Source: Lama glama (taxonomy: Eukaryota). Taken from it: DNA of 64,000 nt. Made by a program: the position numbers and the translations under genes. The notes beneath the pieces were generated by a model, which saw nothing but the letters and a program-made list of their open reading frames with translations, ran no database searches and was not told where the DNA came from. Location of the stretch: assembly GCA_028534125.1 (NCBI GenBank), contig CM052817.1, forward strand, positions 100,070,001 through 100,134,000, given 5' to 3'. Of the stretch, positions 27,317 to 40,814 are shown in pieces. How positions within the stretch are numbered: the stretch's first letter is position 1; each line of letters opens with the position of its first letter.

Positions 27317-28269
27317 GAGTCCTGGGTCAGAGTGTCAGCAGGGTTGATTCCTGCAGGAGTTTCCGAGGGAGAATCGATTCCATGCCTCTCTCCCAGGTCC
27401 TGGTGGTGACCTGCAATCTTTGGTCCTCCTTGGCTTATGGCAGCATATTCCAGTCTCTGTTTACTCCTCTGCATGGTGTCCTCCCCTAAATGTGTCTGTG
27501 TCTCTTAACTTCTTATAAGGACACTAGTCCTATCGGATTAGGGCCCACCCTACTCTTGTATGACCTCATCTTGACTTGTGCAGGGGAGGAGAAATACTTT
27601 TCCCTCTACCCTTCTGAGTTCTTAGCTGAGACCCCTGTAATAGAAGACAGGTGAAGAAGAGAAAAACAAAAGTTGTTTATTAACATGTATACCTCATGTA
27701 TAAATGGGAGACACTCAGGGGAAAATGAGTAACTCCCTGAGGTGGCTTAGAATTTGGGCTTAAATACCATCTTGATGGGGAAAGGGGAAGGGGGATGTAG
27801 GCCTCTTAGGGGAGAGGAAATGATTCTTGGGAAGGATGAATGAGCCCTTGGAAGAATAGATAGATGATGTGATAGTTCCTGATTGAGTTTGTCTGGATGT
27901 GGTGTCCAATTCCAGTGTCTTCTCCTGTGATGAGTCAACCTTCCCTGATTCATGGAACGCCCAAGGAGGGGATTTATGATAATTGAGTTCCTCTTGGAGG
28001 ATCTGTCTTTAGCCAGTTCAGGGAAGATCAGAGAAAGCCTCTCCTCACATTTGCTGTACTCAATTGCCTGCAATTCAATATGCCAACGTGGCATCTTTCA
28101 AGATGGCCTGTCCTGAACGCGCACAGTCACGTTTATATGTGGTGGTGTGCTCTGCTCTCCTTCACCTGGTTACAATTGCAATGACCTTGTTCCCAAACAA
28201 GGTCCCATTCTGAGGTACCAGTAGTTAGGACTTCAACATATTCTGGGGGACACAGTTCAACTCACAGCA
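27317..28269 (-). mobile_element. MLT1 (MaLR) LTR interrupted by an ERV1 LTR
   Basis: MLT1 text at 27317-27578 (TTATAAGGACACTAGTC..GGATTAGGGCCCACCCTA) resumes at ~28165-28269 (TTCTGAGGTAC..TTAGGACTTCAACATA..GGGGACACAGTTCAAC). Confidence 0.8.
27579..28164 (-). mobile_element. ERV1 solo LTR (MER34-like)
   Basis: TG...CA termini; near-perfect 4-bp TSD CTTG/CCTG; minus-strand ATGCCACGTTGGCATATTGA..GGCAATTGAG motif; AATAAA on the minus strand near 27680. Confidence 0.72.
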
Positions 28270-29428
28270 GTGTTACAACCTTTATGCTGTCACCTTTTCC
28301 TACTGCACTGTGAGCCCCTAGAGGACACTTCTGTGTCTGCTGTGTATGTCCCAGCACCTGATACACCACAGTCCTCAATAAAGGATGCTTAATGAATGAA
28401 TAAGCAAACGTGTCTCCACAATTATGGGGTTGGGAGGTGGAGAAATGTTGGTACTTGATAGAAAAGAGCCCCCGTCTCTTGCCTGGGTGTCTAGAATTCT
28501 CTGTTCTGCAGCATATTGACCGGAGTGCCTACAAACACTACAGCTTCACTTTGTAAAACTAGTTTCACTATTTCAACAAACCTTACAGAGATGGTGCGTG
28601 TTTCCACAGCAAGGCTGCACCGGCTAACCAAAATGTCAGGTTTCTTTGCTCTTGACTCAGAATTCCTATTTGGTGGGAACTGAGAGCCACTCAGAGACTT
28701 CTCTGCCCGATGGCATCGCAGGGCCCATGCGCAGGAGCCAAGTTCTAAGTCGGGTGGTGTCTTCCAGAGCCCCGAACAGAAGGTGGGAGCCAAAGCCCAC
28801 TCTTGTCCTTGGTGCTGCGTTCACGTACTCAGCCCCCGCAGCGGCCGCCCTTGTCTGGTTCAGAGCTTCTCTACGGCCCCTCTCTCCATCTCTCTTCTTC
28901 CTCCCCGCTCCCATCTTCCCCAGGCTTCTGTTGTTTCTGTTCTTTAACTTCCCCTGCCTGACATCCTCCTCTTACCTAACAACAAACCTCACCAGCCTTA
29001 GGGAGAAAGGGATAGCTTCTCACCACAACAGTGGAGCCCTATGGCTGGCCCTTCCTAAAGTGGCTATTAGAGGACTTTGGAAAATCCTCTCCATCCAAAT
29101 GCCTGGCTGGTAAAGCTATTGTTTGGCTGCCTAATCCTATTTTGCAGGTTACAATTGACTACCAGCTTTCTCCTTTCTCTTTGTTACTTCTTGGGCAAAT
29201 TCTAATCTCCCCTGTGGCAGATGGACACTGTGGGCCTGCTAGTACAAAAGCAAACAGGAAAAGCTAATTAAATAACTTTCAAAATATCACTTCTAATATA
29301 CTAAGTAATTACAAGTTACTCAGTGAGAAATGCCAAAGAAGACGTCAACCGGGGCATGACACAGAGAGAGTGAAGTCGGTGAGGAGAGCACGGAGGGCTT
29401 TCCAGCCCATCAAACAGCCTTGAAGGGA

Positions 29429-29994
29429 TGTAGGAATTCAGAGTATGCTGCTCCAAAATATGCCACTCTGGTATAAGGATTATTTTGAGCGAAAGGCAAT
29501 TTGGGGGAAAAAAATTAAAAAGCAGACAAGAAAAACTCTCAGTCCTCCCGCTCTCTACCAGGGAAGGGGAAGAGGACTGTTAATCACCGGAGACAACTCT
29601 ATAGACTCTTAGCAACCCAGAGGTGGCAGCGCCAGAGAAATACACAGGGCAAACCTCGCCGGGACAGCCCTTCTCTTCCATTATTTTCCGCCATATATTT
29701 ACCTTCCCACAGTCTGCTTCCGCTAAACGCCTACAGCCCTTTTACTTCGTCTGGTCACTTCGCTACAAGATTTATTGTTCTTTCACTAAGATGCTGTCTA
29801 AGCCCAAGTTCTAGCCATCCCTTTGAGTTACTTATCGCTGAGTACTCTTCTGTGTATATGTAACGCCCACGTGAATAAGCTTCTGTTTGTTTTTCCCTTG
29901 TTAGTCTGTTTTTTTTTTTTGTCAGTCTAATTTGCAATCTAGTCAATGAACCTAAGATAGATTTTTTTAAAAAAGGGTTTTGTCCTCCTCTACA
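29429..29994 (+). mobile_element. ERV1 solo LTR (MER34-like)
   Basis: TG...CA termini; CCAAAATATGCCACTCTGGTATAAGGATTATTTTGAGC motif; shares segments with 27579-28164 in the opposite orientation. Confidence 0.75.
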
Positions 29995-30506
29995 AAGGAA
30001 AATAACTTAGGGGAAGGGACCCAGGAGATCGTGCTGTGGTCTTCATTAAGGCACAGACCACGTTTCACCACTGCCTTGACCAGTTAGTCACTTAATTTTA
30101 CTCTACGATTTCCCCCATTTGTTTCAGGTGGACAAGCATGTTCCTCAGGAGCCTTGGCCAAAGCTTGTGACTCTCTCACCTACCCTTATCCGGTGATTTT
30201 TATTTGTATTTTTAATGTTTTAAGAACCTGTCATTTTCATGAAGGAGACTGGAGGAGGGAGGAGGAAAACCCAGAGGTTTTTCTGATGCTGTGGCTGTTC
30301 ACTGGAATCACTTTGAGAGCTTAAAAAAATTAATATTTATATTTATATTTGTATACACACACATATACATGTCAGGATGTAAGAGTTTGTTATTGCTTAA
30401 GCTCTGGATTCTGGGACAGCGCTGATCAGGTACTGAATTCTGGGAGAATTCCTTTTGTATTTCTGAACTTAAGTTGGATCCATGATACTTCTATTCTGGG
30501 TGTTGG

Positions 30507-31082
30507 TGTTGTGGATGAGAAGTTCTTGTCTTGTCACAGAAAGAATTCAGAAACAAGACACGGAGGTCAAGAAAGCAAAGCAAGGATTTATTAGGGATAG
30601 ATAGAATGCTCTCAAGGAAAGAGCCTGCAGACCCAGGCGGGTCGCTGCCCCGAATTTCCTTGACAAGCTCGTTATAAGGGTGTAAAAATGAACGGGCAGA
30701 ATATTCATTGGTGGGGAGGGGTTTGGGGTCATCTTTCCTGGTATTCATCCCAGCTCCACATTCCCAGGTGGGGAGGAGGGATTTTTTTTGTCTTTACAAT
30801 CGGGAAATTGGATGAGGTCATAATGAACAAAAGGTTACATTTGGATGGAGGTCATAATGATTGAAAGGTTATATTAGGATGGTGGGGATTCCTGTCCTGT
30901 CCCACCCTTCTGCCTCCAGGACACTTATCAACCCAGAAGGTATGGTCTTTTATCATTCCGGAAGATTCTGTTTTTCTTGGTCTGTCCAAGGACCCCCACT
31001 GTTCACAAGATGCATGGTTTTCTGCCATTTGGCCCATGTCCCCCTTTCTCTGCTCATATCTAGCTACTTGCCTTCTCTTACA
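30507..31082 (-). mobile_element. Solo LTR, probably ERV1 class
   Basis: TG...CA termini, 4-bp TSD TTGG/CTGG, minus-strand TATA-like element (~30672-30677) followed by AATAAA (~30587-30592); 576 bp. Confidence 0.7.
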
Positions 31083-33790
31083 CTGGTATTGGCATGTGTT
31101 TGGGTGACATTCCTCAGCCTCCGGCACACTTCTCTTCCCAAACCTTGGCGTCACATATTTGACTTTAGTGTGAGCCTGTGCTGCACCATTAGACAGCTGG
31201 GGACCGCTGTGTTGGGACCTGCAATGTCATCCCACCCAGTGTCATGGACACCTGAGTGAGAACTGATGCCAAGACCACCACATGCACAGTGCATGTCTTG
31301 TTACAGCCAGAAGGTTTGGGGCTGTGTGTGAGGGCTCAAGTTCAGAGCACTTCTCTCTATGAGACACTAGAACTATCTAATGATATCTGCTCTCTCTATG
31401 GTTTTTGGCAACATAACACTTATATTTCCATTTTGCCCATGAGTGATAGAATTAAGAATAAGATCATTCCTTGGAATTCTACAGCCTGCTTTTATTCTGA
31501 TCTCTCCAAATTAACAGACCAGATTCGCTTACGTTCACTTGTGGCCCTTGAGAGTTTGACATCATGGCGACTGGGATTTGAGTCCTTATTGACGGGTAGG
31601 TGAGAAAGAGCCCAACAGGAGCTAAGGATAAGAAAATACCTAGCAGGGGGGCTGCAGGCGCTAAAGGACGTGTGGATTTTCTGAACTGTCAGCTTGATTG
31701 TTCATTAGTTTCTTCTCTTGTTTACTGGTTAAAAAGACACTTACTGCACACCATTCAGTTGGATAAGCTCTGTGGGTGCCTGGCTCATTGTAGGTGGCCT
31801 CCAATATTTGTGGAGAGAGTAGATTAGAAAACGGTTTGTAGAAGGAGCTTCTCATGATTTGCCCTGACCTGCTCCTTGGGTCCTAGACTTCCTGACCCAT
31901 CACCTCTGTAATGACTGTGGCTCAAAGGCTCCTGCTTCCTCATTTCTCCAGCTGCCTGTTTTCCTTCTCTACTTGCTGGGATGGACATCTTTTCTGTCTC
32001 ACTCCTACATCCTCTCCACGTAAGCCTTTGACTTGTCAATCATGATATTCCCATTTATAAATCCATTTTTATAGCTCTTCATCTGCTAGGAAAAATTGGG
32101 GTTACCTTCAATATTGTTTGTACCTGAATTATGCTCTGCTTTCCCATTTGTATCTTAATTTTCTATATACTTTGTTTTTGCTTTTTGCCTGGTTTCTATT
32201 CCTTCTCCATTTTTCCCCAGCTGCTATCTTCTTGTTCATACATAGATCAGGATTAAGAATGAGAGGTAGTGAAAAACTCTATTTTAGAGAAAAATTGTGA
32301 TAAAGATATCCATACATAACTAAGGGCATTTTTTATTTTTATTAATTCTGACTTATGCTCTGCATTTTGCTAAGGTGATAAAAAGAAGCAACTGAAACCA
32401 ACTCTGTTGTTATTAGGGTCCTGGTCAGCCCCTTGGCTGCCCTGGCAAGGGCCTAGCATATAGGAGGTCCTTCATAAATGCTTACTTAATGACCAGAAAG
32501 AAGACAGAGAGGCTTTTTAAAACTCGAATTATTCAATGGGAAGATTGTAATGGAAATGGGGGAAAAGATTGAAATGGAAATGAGATTTTGGAGTTCTCTG
32601 TGAATCTTGTTTCTCATTCCTGCCTTTTCCCATCAGCATTGATCATTGAAAATTGACTGCATTTAATTTCAAATTTATTAATTGCTATACAATTTATTTT
32701 TTCTGAAAAATCAGTGTAGTTTGGCTACTTAGCAAATCGATTTGTTCAATTAATTTTCAAACTTTGGACTCATTTTTATCTTAGAAGCCTGTTTTATACT
32801 TTTGAATGTTTCAAATAAATTACCCCTCTAAAACTACTGGAAAGTTAATAGTAAAACTTAATGTAACAAAAAAAAAATCTCAATTCGTGGAACCCAATTT
32901 TCCAGAGATATAGGCTTTATTAAATGAAAATGACTTCCAATCTGTAGTGTAAAATCTGCCTTCCACTCAAGGCGATGGCCAAGGCATCCGTATTAGTGTC
33001 TCAGGAAATTTCCCTTCAGTGAATCGACCTTTAAACACCCTCCATTACATGCATTAGTTGGGATTTCTGTTCCCTGAGCTTATTCATTTCATGTAGTTTT
33101 CCTGTTCTCAACCTCTTTTCTCCTCACACCATCAGATCGGAGATTTACTGCACCACTCAAGTTTCCCAGTTACCTTCCCCTTCCTCAGTTTACAAGAACC
33201 ACTCGGGTTTTCTCTAGAGATGTCTTTTTCTTCTCAAGTTCTCTTTTCTTCTTTTGTAGGTTAGGCATTTGTTGATGTATTTCCTTGGCGGTCAGCATTT
33301 GTTACCCGTGAAAATGCCGACACCTGCAAGTTTCTTCCTAGGTGTCACAACATTTCCAGAGAACAATGGGCTGATTTCCATATTTATAGAATATTATTTT
33401 TAATGGAAGTGCCCTTGACCCTGACCTGTTCTGTAAAAATGAAATTTTGTTTTATTTTCTCTCATTTTTGTGCCAGGTCTTGAACCCAATATTTTTTATA
33501 GTTGAAAGCAATGTTTTCTAGCTTTTCTCCTCCCTCTGATTCATACTGGCAGTTTTTACTTGGATCTTCAGTTAATTTTAGCATAAACTTAACATAACAA
33601 AGTGTAATCAGTTGGCTGTGAGATTGCCACGGGTGTCTGTGGATTTTTAACTGTACAATCAATGAGTTTACTTCAGGTTGTGTGTCCCAGTGTGAAAGAT
33701 GAACTCATTGCTTAGAAGCCTGGAATTTGCCTATTTGATGGCAGTAGTTACTTATAAATAGATGAAATAGTTACTTAAAATGATGAAAGA

Positions 33791-33951
33791 GGGGTGAGGG
33801 TATAGCTCAGTGGTAGAATGCATGCTTAGCATGCACGAGGTCCTGGGTTCAATTCCCAGTACTTCCATTAAAAAATAAATAAATATATAAAAACCTAATT
33901 ATCACCCCCCCCACACACACAAAAACAACAACAACAAAAAAACCACATCAA
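33791..33951 (+). mobile_element. vic-1-like SINE
   Basis: Near-intact tRNA-Ala(AGC)-like head 33791-33867; 14-bp TSD AAAATGATGAAAGA at 33777-33790 and 33952-33965. Confidence 0.92.
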
Positions 33952-36900
33952 AAAATGATGAAAGAAATAGGGAGAACTCATCAGGGGCAGAGATGGAGAA
34001 TCCATTGCAGACTCGAGTTTGCCCTTACATAATGACTATTAAAGAACTTAATGCAATGTTTTCCAGTATCCAGCAATGAGCCACATCTTAAGCCAGATTT
34101 TTTTTTTAAATATTGCAGTGAAATTTGAGTATCTGTCCCTTTTCCTCACTTTCTACAACCCAGGAAAGGAGAACTTAATAACAGTTTAATACAACAGATT
34201 TTCTTCATCCCCTGCTGCTGAAGGTGAGATGTCAGATCTGCATCATCATTCACTGAGATTTTTAGCTCTCAAGAACCAGTGGTTGTGTCTTCATTTCTTC
34301 CACGTCCACCTCTCCAAATGTTAAAAATTCTGTATGCATTTGAAAATGGGTGTCTACACCAGCTATGGGAAAAAGAAAATAAGCAAGCAATTCTCTGCCT
34401 GAAGTTTCAACGTGAACATTGGTCTCGGGCATCTGCAGCCCCCATGGCAGCCCCTGGCTGGTCCTAACTGCTCTGCCTCCCAGACCAAAATCTTGGCCAA
34501 ATTCCAGTTGGCCCCAATTTGATGCAAGGTCAGTTCCGAGGACAAAAGACAAGTGAGTGTGCTGCACACCATTTTCTTGTTCCAAAAGTGAAGTATTTTC
34601 AAGGAGGTCACACTGCCCCTCTTCAAACCACTGCAGTTTCCCTGAAGTTCCTTAATGGGAGTGTGTCATTGTCACTAGACAGTGTCACATATTGGGGCTC
34701 CAGATAGCTGTTAGTCAACACTAGATCCCAATGAGTGACTTTTTAGTGTTCCTTTTCTCAGGTTTAAATTGTGCCTCTTTCTTCTGCTTAGCACCACGGG
34801 CATTTAATGGATTTTCAATACCAACTCAATAACCTGGTATCTCCAGTGAAAATGTACGAATATATTTATCTGAAAGTTGCATTCTTATAGAGAACTAATC
34901 CCTTTGGGTTTACTTGTAAGAGTGACTTATTTTGCAGAAAGCCAGAGGCACACTTGGAGGGGAAGGGGTGGTAAGTAGGACATCCTGGGGGAACCCTTTG
35001 CAGGCTGGGATGGCCCCATGTACCAGGCCGACTGGAGGTTCTGAGGCTAAGCAAACAAGAATCCAGTGCTTGCTCAAGCCTAGAATCAGAAGGGCCAGTA
35101 CGCTTGAGTGTTTTAGATAAGACTCTGTGTTTTCAACCCTGCATCTCTGTAGAGAGAATTTCCCAGTGTTCCTCTTGATGGTCTTCTAAAGTGATTTATG
35201 ACACTTCAGAGAGACACTTGTCTGAAATGGGGTCACTTGCAGATTAATTATGATGGCAAAAATAGCATGCCCACATCTGTTGGAAATTAAAGGTTGTTGG
35301 AATAAGGAGTTCATAAAATTGTCCATTCAGATCCCCCCTTTTTGAACAAAAACAAGTCAACAACAACAACACACACACACACACAGAAAAAAGATTGGAG
35401 GGAAATGCATTGAAATATTCATCATGCTAATCTAAAACAGTAGCATCTTATTTTCCTTTTTTGTACTAATATGTACAAACTTTCTATAAAGGGCATACAA
35501 TAAAATTATGAAAAAATAAACATCATTTTTGTCTTTTAACACTGCACTTTGTTTTGAGGGCATTAAAAAAGAAAAAAATTAATAACAGTTCCCAGAATCC
35601 CAGGAAATTAAATGAGATCAGAAGCACAGAGTCAGAAGGGAAGCTGTAACAGGTCAGTCAAATGTCCCGCCCCCTCCCCAAAGCCCCAGTGTGTGGAGTG
35701 GCCATGACAACTAAATGCGGTTCAGATAACAAACCAAGGGGAGGGAGAGAGGCTTTTATCCGAATTGTCAGCTTTAGCCTTGAAATAGAGCGCAAGTGGT
35801 TTTAACAGCCAAATCACATCTTTGCGAACAATGTCACAAAGATAGAAAAGGAGCATTATATTTTTTATCTCATAGATGTCCTGAATAAAGTACACTTGGT
35901 TTCAATTTCATCTTGATAGCGCATCACAGATCACAGTGACAGCCTCGCTGGAAAGCCGCCGATGCTGGGTTCAGCTGGGTTTTTTTCCACTCTGCCTGGA
36001 GAAACTCTGCATTTTCATTAGCCCAGATCTATTACCGTTACTGACCATTGCACAACGTCTTCTTGGTTTTGTTGGATTTCTTAGCACAGGGACTAGAATG
36101 TCCTGGCCTCTGGAGTATGCAGGTGGGACGTGCAGACGTTAGCAAGGATCCTATCAGATAAACACACGTGGTATCACCTACCATCTGCCACAGCATATGC
36201 TGAAAAGACATGGTTTACAAACTAAGTAGACAGTAAAACTCTGGTTTCCTTGGCCCACGTGATCTCCAGTACTAGACTTGAGCTATATTTTCAAAGGCAT
36301 CAGGGACCAAGACAAGTGACCTTCCGTGGGTCTCCAGCACTGGGACATATCATTTAATGGAAGGGCCGAGTAACCTGGAAGATGGAATACAGCTGTTCAG
36401 AAAGAATGCTGTCCTCTCCCTTCTTCTTGGTCAGAGCAGATCAGTGAGCATCTAATTTAAAGACCTCATGGAAGGTCACATTGCCATTAATCTTTGGTTG
36501 ATCTTGGAGTTTATAGGGCTGGGTCCTATTCAGTTTGGGACTTTATCTTCTTAACTAGGAATGGAAGAAATAGAAGAAAGTCAGGGATAGGGCCACCCCA
36601 CTCCTGAGCAGGAAGCTGTACAAAAGTGGGCATCAGACAAAAGACAAGAACACAGAAGTGAACAGGAGTGGTCTCTGTGGAGTTCATGCTTGTCAGGAGT
36701 GTGGCTCAGTATCTCTTTGGATCTTGGTGCCTCGAGGGCCCTGGGGAGCCCTGACACAGGCAGAGAGGGAGGAGACAAACAGAGAAGAGCAGAGGAAGCA
36801 AGGAGGAAGTAACTTCGTATGCCTCTCTACTCGGACTGGGAATTGTTGAGCATAGAAGTGGTACCCTGTGGCTCTGTTGGTCACAGCTCCCAGCACCGGG

Positions 36901-37179
36901 AGGGGTCAGCCTGACCCCCTCCAATGTGTCCATATAGTGATGTGATGCCTTGTGTTGACTCGGGAACCTTTGAATTCTAATGGGGTTCTTAATCTTCCAA
37001 AATAATCCAGACTTCTGAACTATCCTTCAAAAATGTGAATGCCAGCAAGTGTTTGATGGGTGAAGGGTGATGTAAATACTGCTGTCCTGGACCTGGTTGG
37101 AGGAGGATCACAGATACTTAAAGTGGCCATATGGATCTTTAAGAGTGGCTCAATTCTATTGTTTCTATCCTATTTTATA

Positions 37180-37905
37180 TAGCTTTAAAATATATTCAGA
37201 ATCCGACCACGTCATACCATCCACATGGCTGCTACCTTGGTCCAAAGATAGTGGCCAGCCTCTCTTATTTACATCAATGCCACCACTTCCTAACTGGTCT
37301 CCCTGCTTCTGATTTTTCCCTCACTTCCATGCCCTACCCACCAACAGCTATTCTCTACAAAGTAGCCAGAATGACGCTTTGAAGACATTGACCATGTGTC
37401 ACTACCCTGCTCCATGGTTCTCCTCCCTGGGGGACAAGCCAGAGTCACTACAGAATGTGGCCCACAGTACTTCCCTGATCTTATCCACTGGTCTCCCCTC
37501 GCTCACTCTGTCCCAGTCACATGCCAGGCATGCTTCCACCTCAGGATCTTTGCACTTGCAGTTTTCTGTGGTTGGAAGGCTCGTCTCCTGGATACTGGCA
37601 AATCCATCAAGTCTTGGCTTAAATGTTTCCTTCTCAGTGAAGCCAATTCTATTTAGAAGTGCACCCCACCCTTCCCTCCCTGGCACGTTCCCACTTGATT
37701 TTTCTTGAGAGCACTTAATAATTATCACCTTCAAAATCTATAACTTATTTATTTTGTTTACTGTCTGTGCCTCCCTCTCCCCACCCCCTAGAATAGAAGC
37801 CTCATTGAGGCAGGGGTTTAAAATCCACTTGTTCATGACTGCATCCTCAGTACCTGGAATGATATTTCACACATAGTAGGTGCTCCAAAGCATTTGTGAA
37901 TTGAA
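37180..37905 (+). mobile_element. LINE-2 3' fragment
   Basis: CCTAACTGGTCTCCCTGCTTC...CACATAGTAGGTGCTC..A..TTTGTGAATTGAAT L2 3' end. Confidence 0.8.
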
Positions 37906-39149
37906 TTTGCTGCCTTTTTCTAGAAGTCTTGTGGGCAGTTTCCTTGTGTACAGTTTTATATATTTGAAAGGTCATGTCTGATTGGAAGAACAGACACGTT
38001 TGTAAAATGTTATACACATGATCTGGAGGCTGCTGGGCAGCAGATCTATAAAATGGGTTGTAAGTGACAGACGAATGCCCTGTGGGTAGAAATCAACACT
38101 GTGAGAACCTGCTAGGTCCTCTGTTAAAGTGAAATTGCAGCTCGTTGGCTGAAGAAAGTGTATCTGTCTTAGCTTTTTCTAGGTTGTGTCTGTTGCATGG
38201 AAAATGTCATTTTCCCCCCAATGGTTCTTTGGAAAAAACCACTTTTGATTGCCCTAAATGGTTTGAAAACTAAATAAAATTAAAAAATATAAGAGGCATA
38301 TTTGATTCCAGATCTCTCTAAGTCCATCTGTATACTTATTTATTTCGCATGAGGTTTGTTTCATCAGAAACTTGGACATCAGTGATGAAGGCTTATTGGC
38401 TCGAGTTTGGTCGTGCAGTTGAGTAATAACTTCAGAGGCCTTTCAAGGATTTTACCCGATACTTTTGCTGATCTTGTTCACATAGATCAGTCCTATTGGC
38501 TAAAAAGCCGTAATTATTCTTTTGACTTTTCTTTGTGAATTAATATTGCCATTGAAAATAACATCCCTGAAGACAGAGCAAGGTAATACTCATTTTTTTA
38601 AAAAAGCTATTGTATTATGTTTACCTGGCCATTAAGTGTATTTTGTCTCAAAGTGCTGTTGGGCGGCAAAATATTGTCTCACAGAATGATTGTAATTTAA
38701 ACATGAAAACCACTAGGTTTTCTTTTCTTCTTTGCCTTGGTTTTGCTGGCTGTGTGATTTTTGGGGAGCTCCTTCTGTGAACATATACAAAATGAATAAC
38801 AGTAAATGAATTACAGAGGTATAATTCCACTGAGGGCTGTGGAAACAGCTTTTCGCCTTGAGAGCCAAGCTCGTACACTCGGTGTCGGTTCAGAATTGCC
38901 AGACAGAATTATAGCTCCGTTCCTCGGGGTTTGCTTGTTGTTAATTTTATGGAGGACATAAAAGCTAATGTAAAGCATCTGTCCCATCCTTGACCCCTTT
39001 AAGAAACCTGTATCCGTGGCAGCTGATAATAGGTAGGAGGAGGTGGAAGCTCTGAATCCTCATAGGGCATTTCAAGAAAAAGAAATGCCTGCCTGTTGAA
39101 TAGCTCTTTGACATTAAATCTGAGTGCTGATGAGATTGGGGTAAATTTC

Positions 39150-39930
39150 AGTCTGTTCAGTTAACGTCTGTATGGAGCTCATACTGTGTGGCGGGGCATG
39201 CTCTAGGTGCTGGGGTTACAACAGTAAACAAATCAGGCAAGAAACCCTCGTTCCCTCTTGGAGCTTACTTATACTACAAACAAGTAGAATATAAAATACG
39301 TTACATGTGACAAGTCATTTCATACTAAATTGGCTAGGGAAAGACAGTTGAGAGGGGAATAGGGCCTTTAGGGCTGGGAGCAGGGTTGCTCTTTTAAATA
39401 GAATGAATAAGAAAGACCTCGCTGATAGGGTAGTGTTTGAGCAGAGACCCAAATGAGGCCTGGGAACAAGACCTGATGCAGATCTTGGAGGAAGAGCCTT
39501 CTAGGTGGCGAGGCAAGTCTGTGCAAAGGCCCTGAGGCAGGTGGCTTGGCAGAGGAACCAGTGCAGTGAGAGTAACTAAAGCTGAGTAGGTGAGGAAGGG
39601 AGATGATATCCTGTAAGATTCAGAGGACCGCATCCTATATGGCTTTCAAGGGCAAGGGAAGGTCTCGGGATCCTCTGAGTGGATTGGGAATATGTTGAAT
39701 TTTGAGCAGAGAAATGATTATTCAAGGGGATCATTCTGGCTGCTTCACAGAAAACAATCAGGGGGCAAGAATTTAATAGGAGAGCAGCTGTGGGGCTGCT
39801 AAGAAAACCCAGGCATGAAATGAGAGTGGTTTGGAGGAAGGTGGCCGGCGGACGTGATAAGACAGAGTCTACCTTTGTTTGGGTGCTGAAGGAATAGGCC
39901 ACAGGACTGGCTGCGAGGTTGGATGTGGTG
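39150..39930 (-). mobile_element. LINE-2 3' fragment
   Basis: CTAGGTGCTGGGG..ACAACAGTAAACAA, TTTGAGCAGAGACC, GTGCAAAGGCCCTGAGGCAG, GATCATTCTGGCTGCT. Confidence 0.8.
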
Positions 39931-40814
39931 TCACTCACGGGCCCACTGCCCTAGAGTTGCTGCCAAGGTGCACAGAGATTTTTGTGACTCCTGCCCTCTC
40001 CTGCTCCGGCTCTAATGATGACACCTCGTCACAACACCGTGGGTCATATTTGGGGTTTGCATCTGCCTTGGCTGGTTTTTGCCCTGGGCACTTGTATAGC
40101 ATTTGCTCGCACACAGGAACCTTATTTTGCTGCCCTTCTGTTTTCTGAAACTCAACTTCTCGCTGCCCTTGCCAGGACTGCCCGCAGATGCCCAGCCATT
40201 CTCTTGGAGCCGAGAACAAGAAGCGTCTGCATTCCCACACCACCACCTCATTGTGTCGATAATTCCTCCACCAGAGTCTCAGATTCTGAGACCAGATGTC
40301 TCCTTCTTTCCAACTCTGCTCCAAGCCTTAATTGCTTCATGGTAGACTGATGTTATGATGTTCATACTGGCGTTTTTGTTTTCTTGCTTCCAGAAAGTGA
40401 ACCGCCAGCAGCAAGAATTATCATTGTCCAGCTCCATTTTCATCATCCCACAGTCCCTTTCAGATTCCCATCTTGGCTTCCAGTTCTTTCTACCCTGATC
40501 TCCTCAAATAAATTTAAATTGTTTAGCATTTTTTTTGATAAACGTTTCCACCACATCCTTTTCATCGTCTGTATGTATGTATATAATTTTTGATTCACTC
40601 TGGCAAACTATTTTGAGAACTGTGAGCAAATCAAGCAAACATAAGGTCTGAACTGGGGAGAGGTTTCCCCCATTTCCGTGCTCTGGTCGCACCTGCCAAG
40701 CACTGGAGAACTGACCATCCTAACAGTCATTGTACTAATGAATACCACTGGGAGGGGTAACTCATTATCTGTGAATCTTTGTTTTTCTTCTTGGTGTACG
40801 TTAATTAATTGGCA

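Noticed and set aside
28646..29113. 155-aa ORF between the LTRs as retroviral internal gene
   Set aside because: No gag/pol/env motifs, non-ATG start, low-complexity content, and the flanking LTRs are in opposite orientation.
33791..33867. Genuine tRNA-Ala gene
   Set aside because: Has an A-rich tail and TSD, with six related dispersed copies in the window, so it is a SINE.
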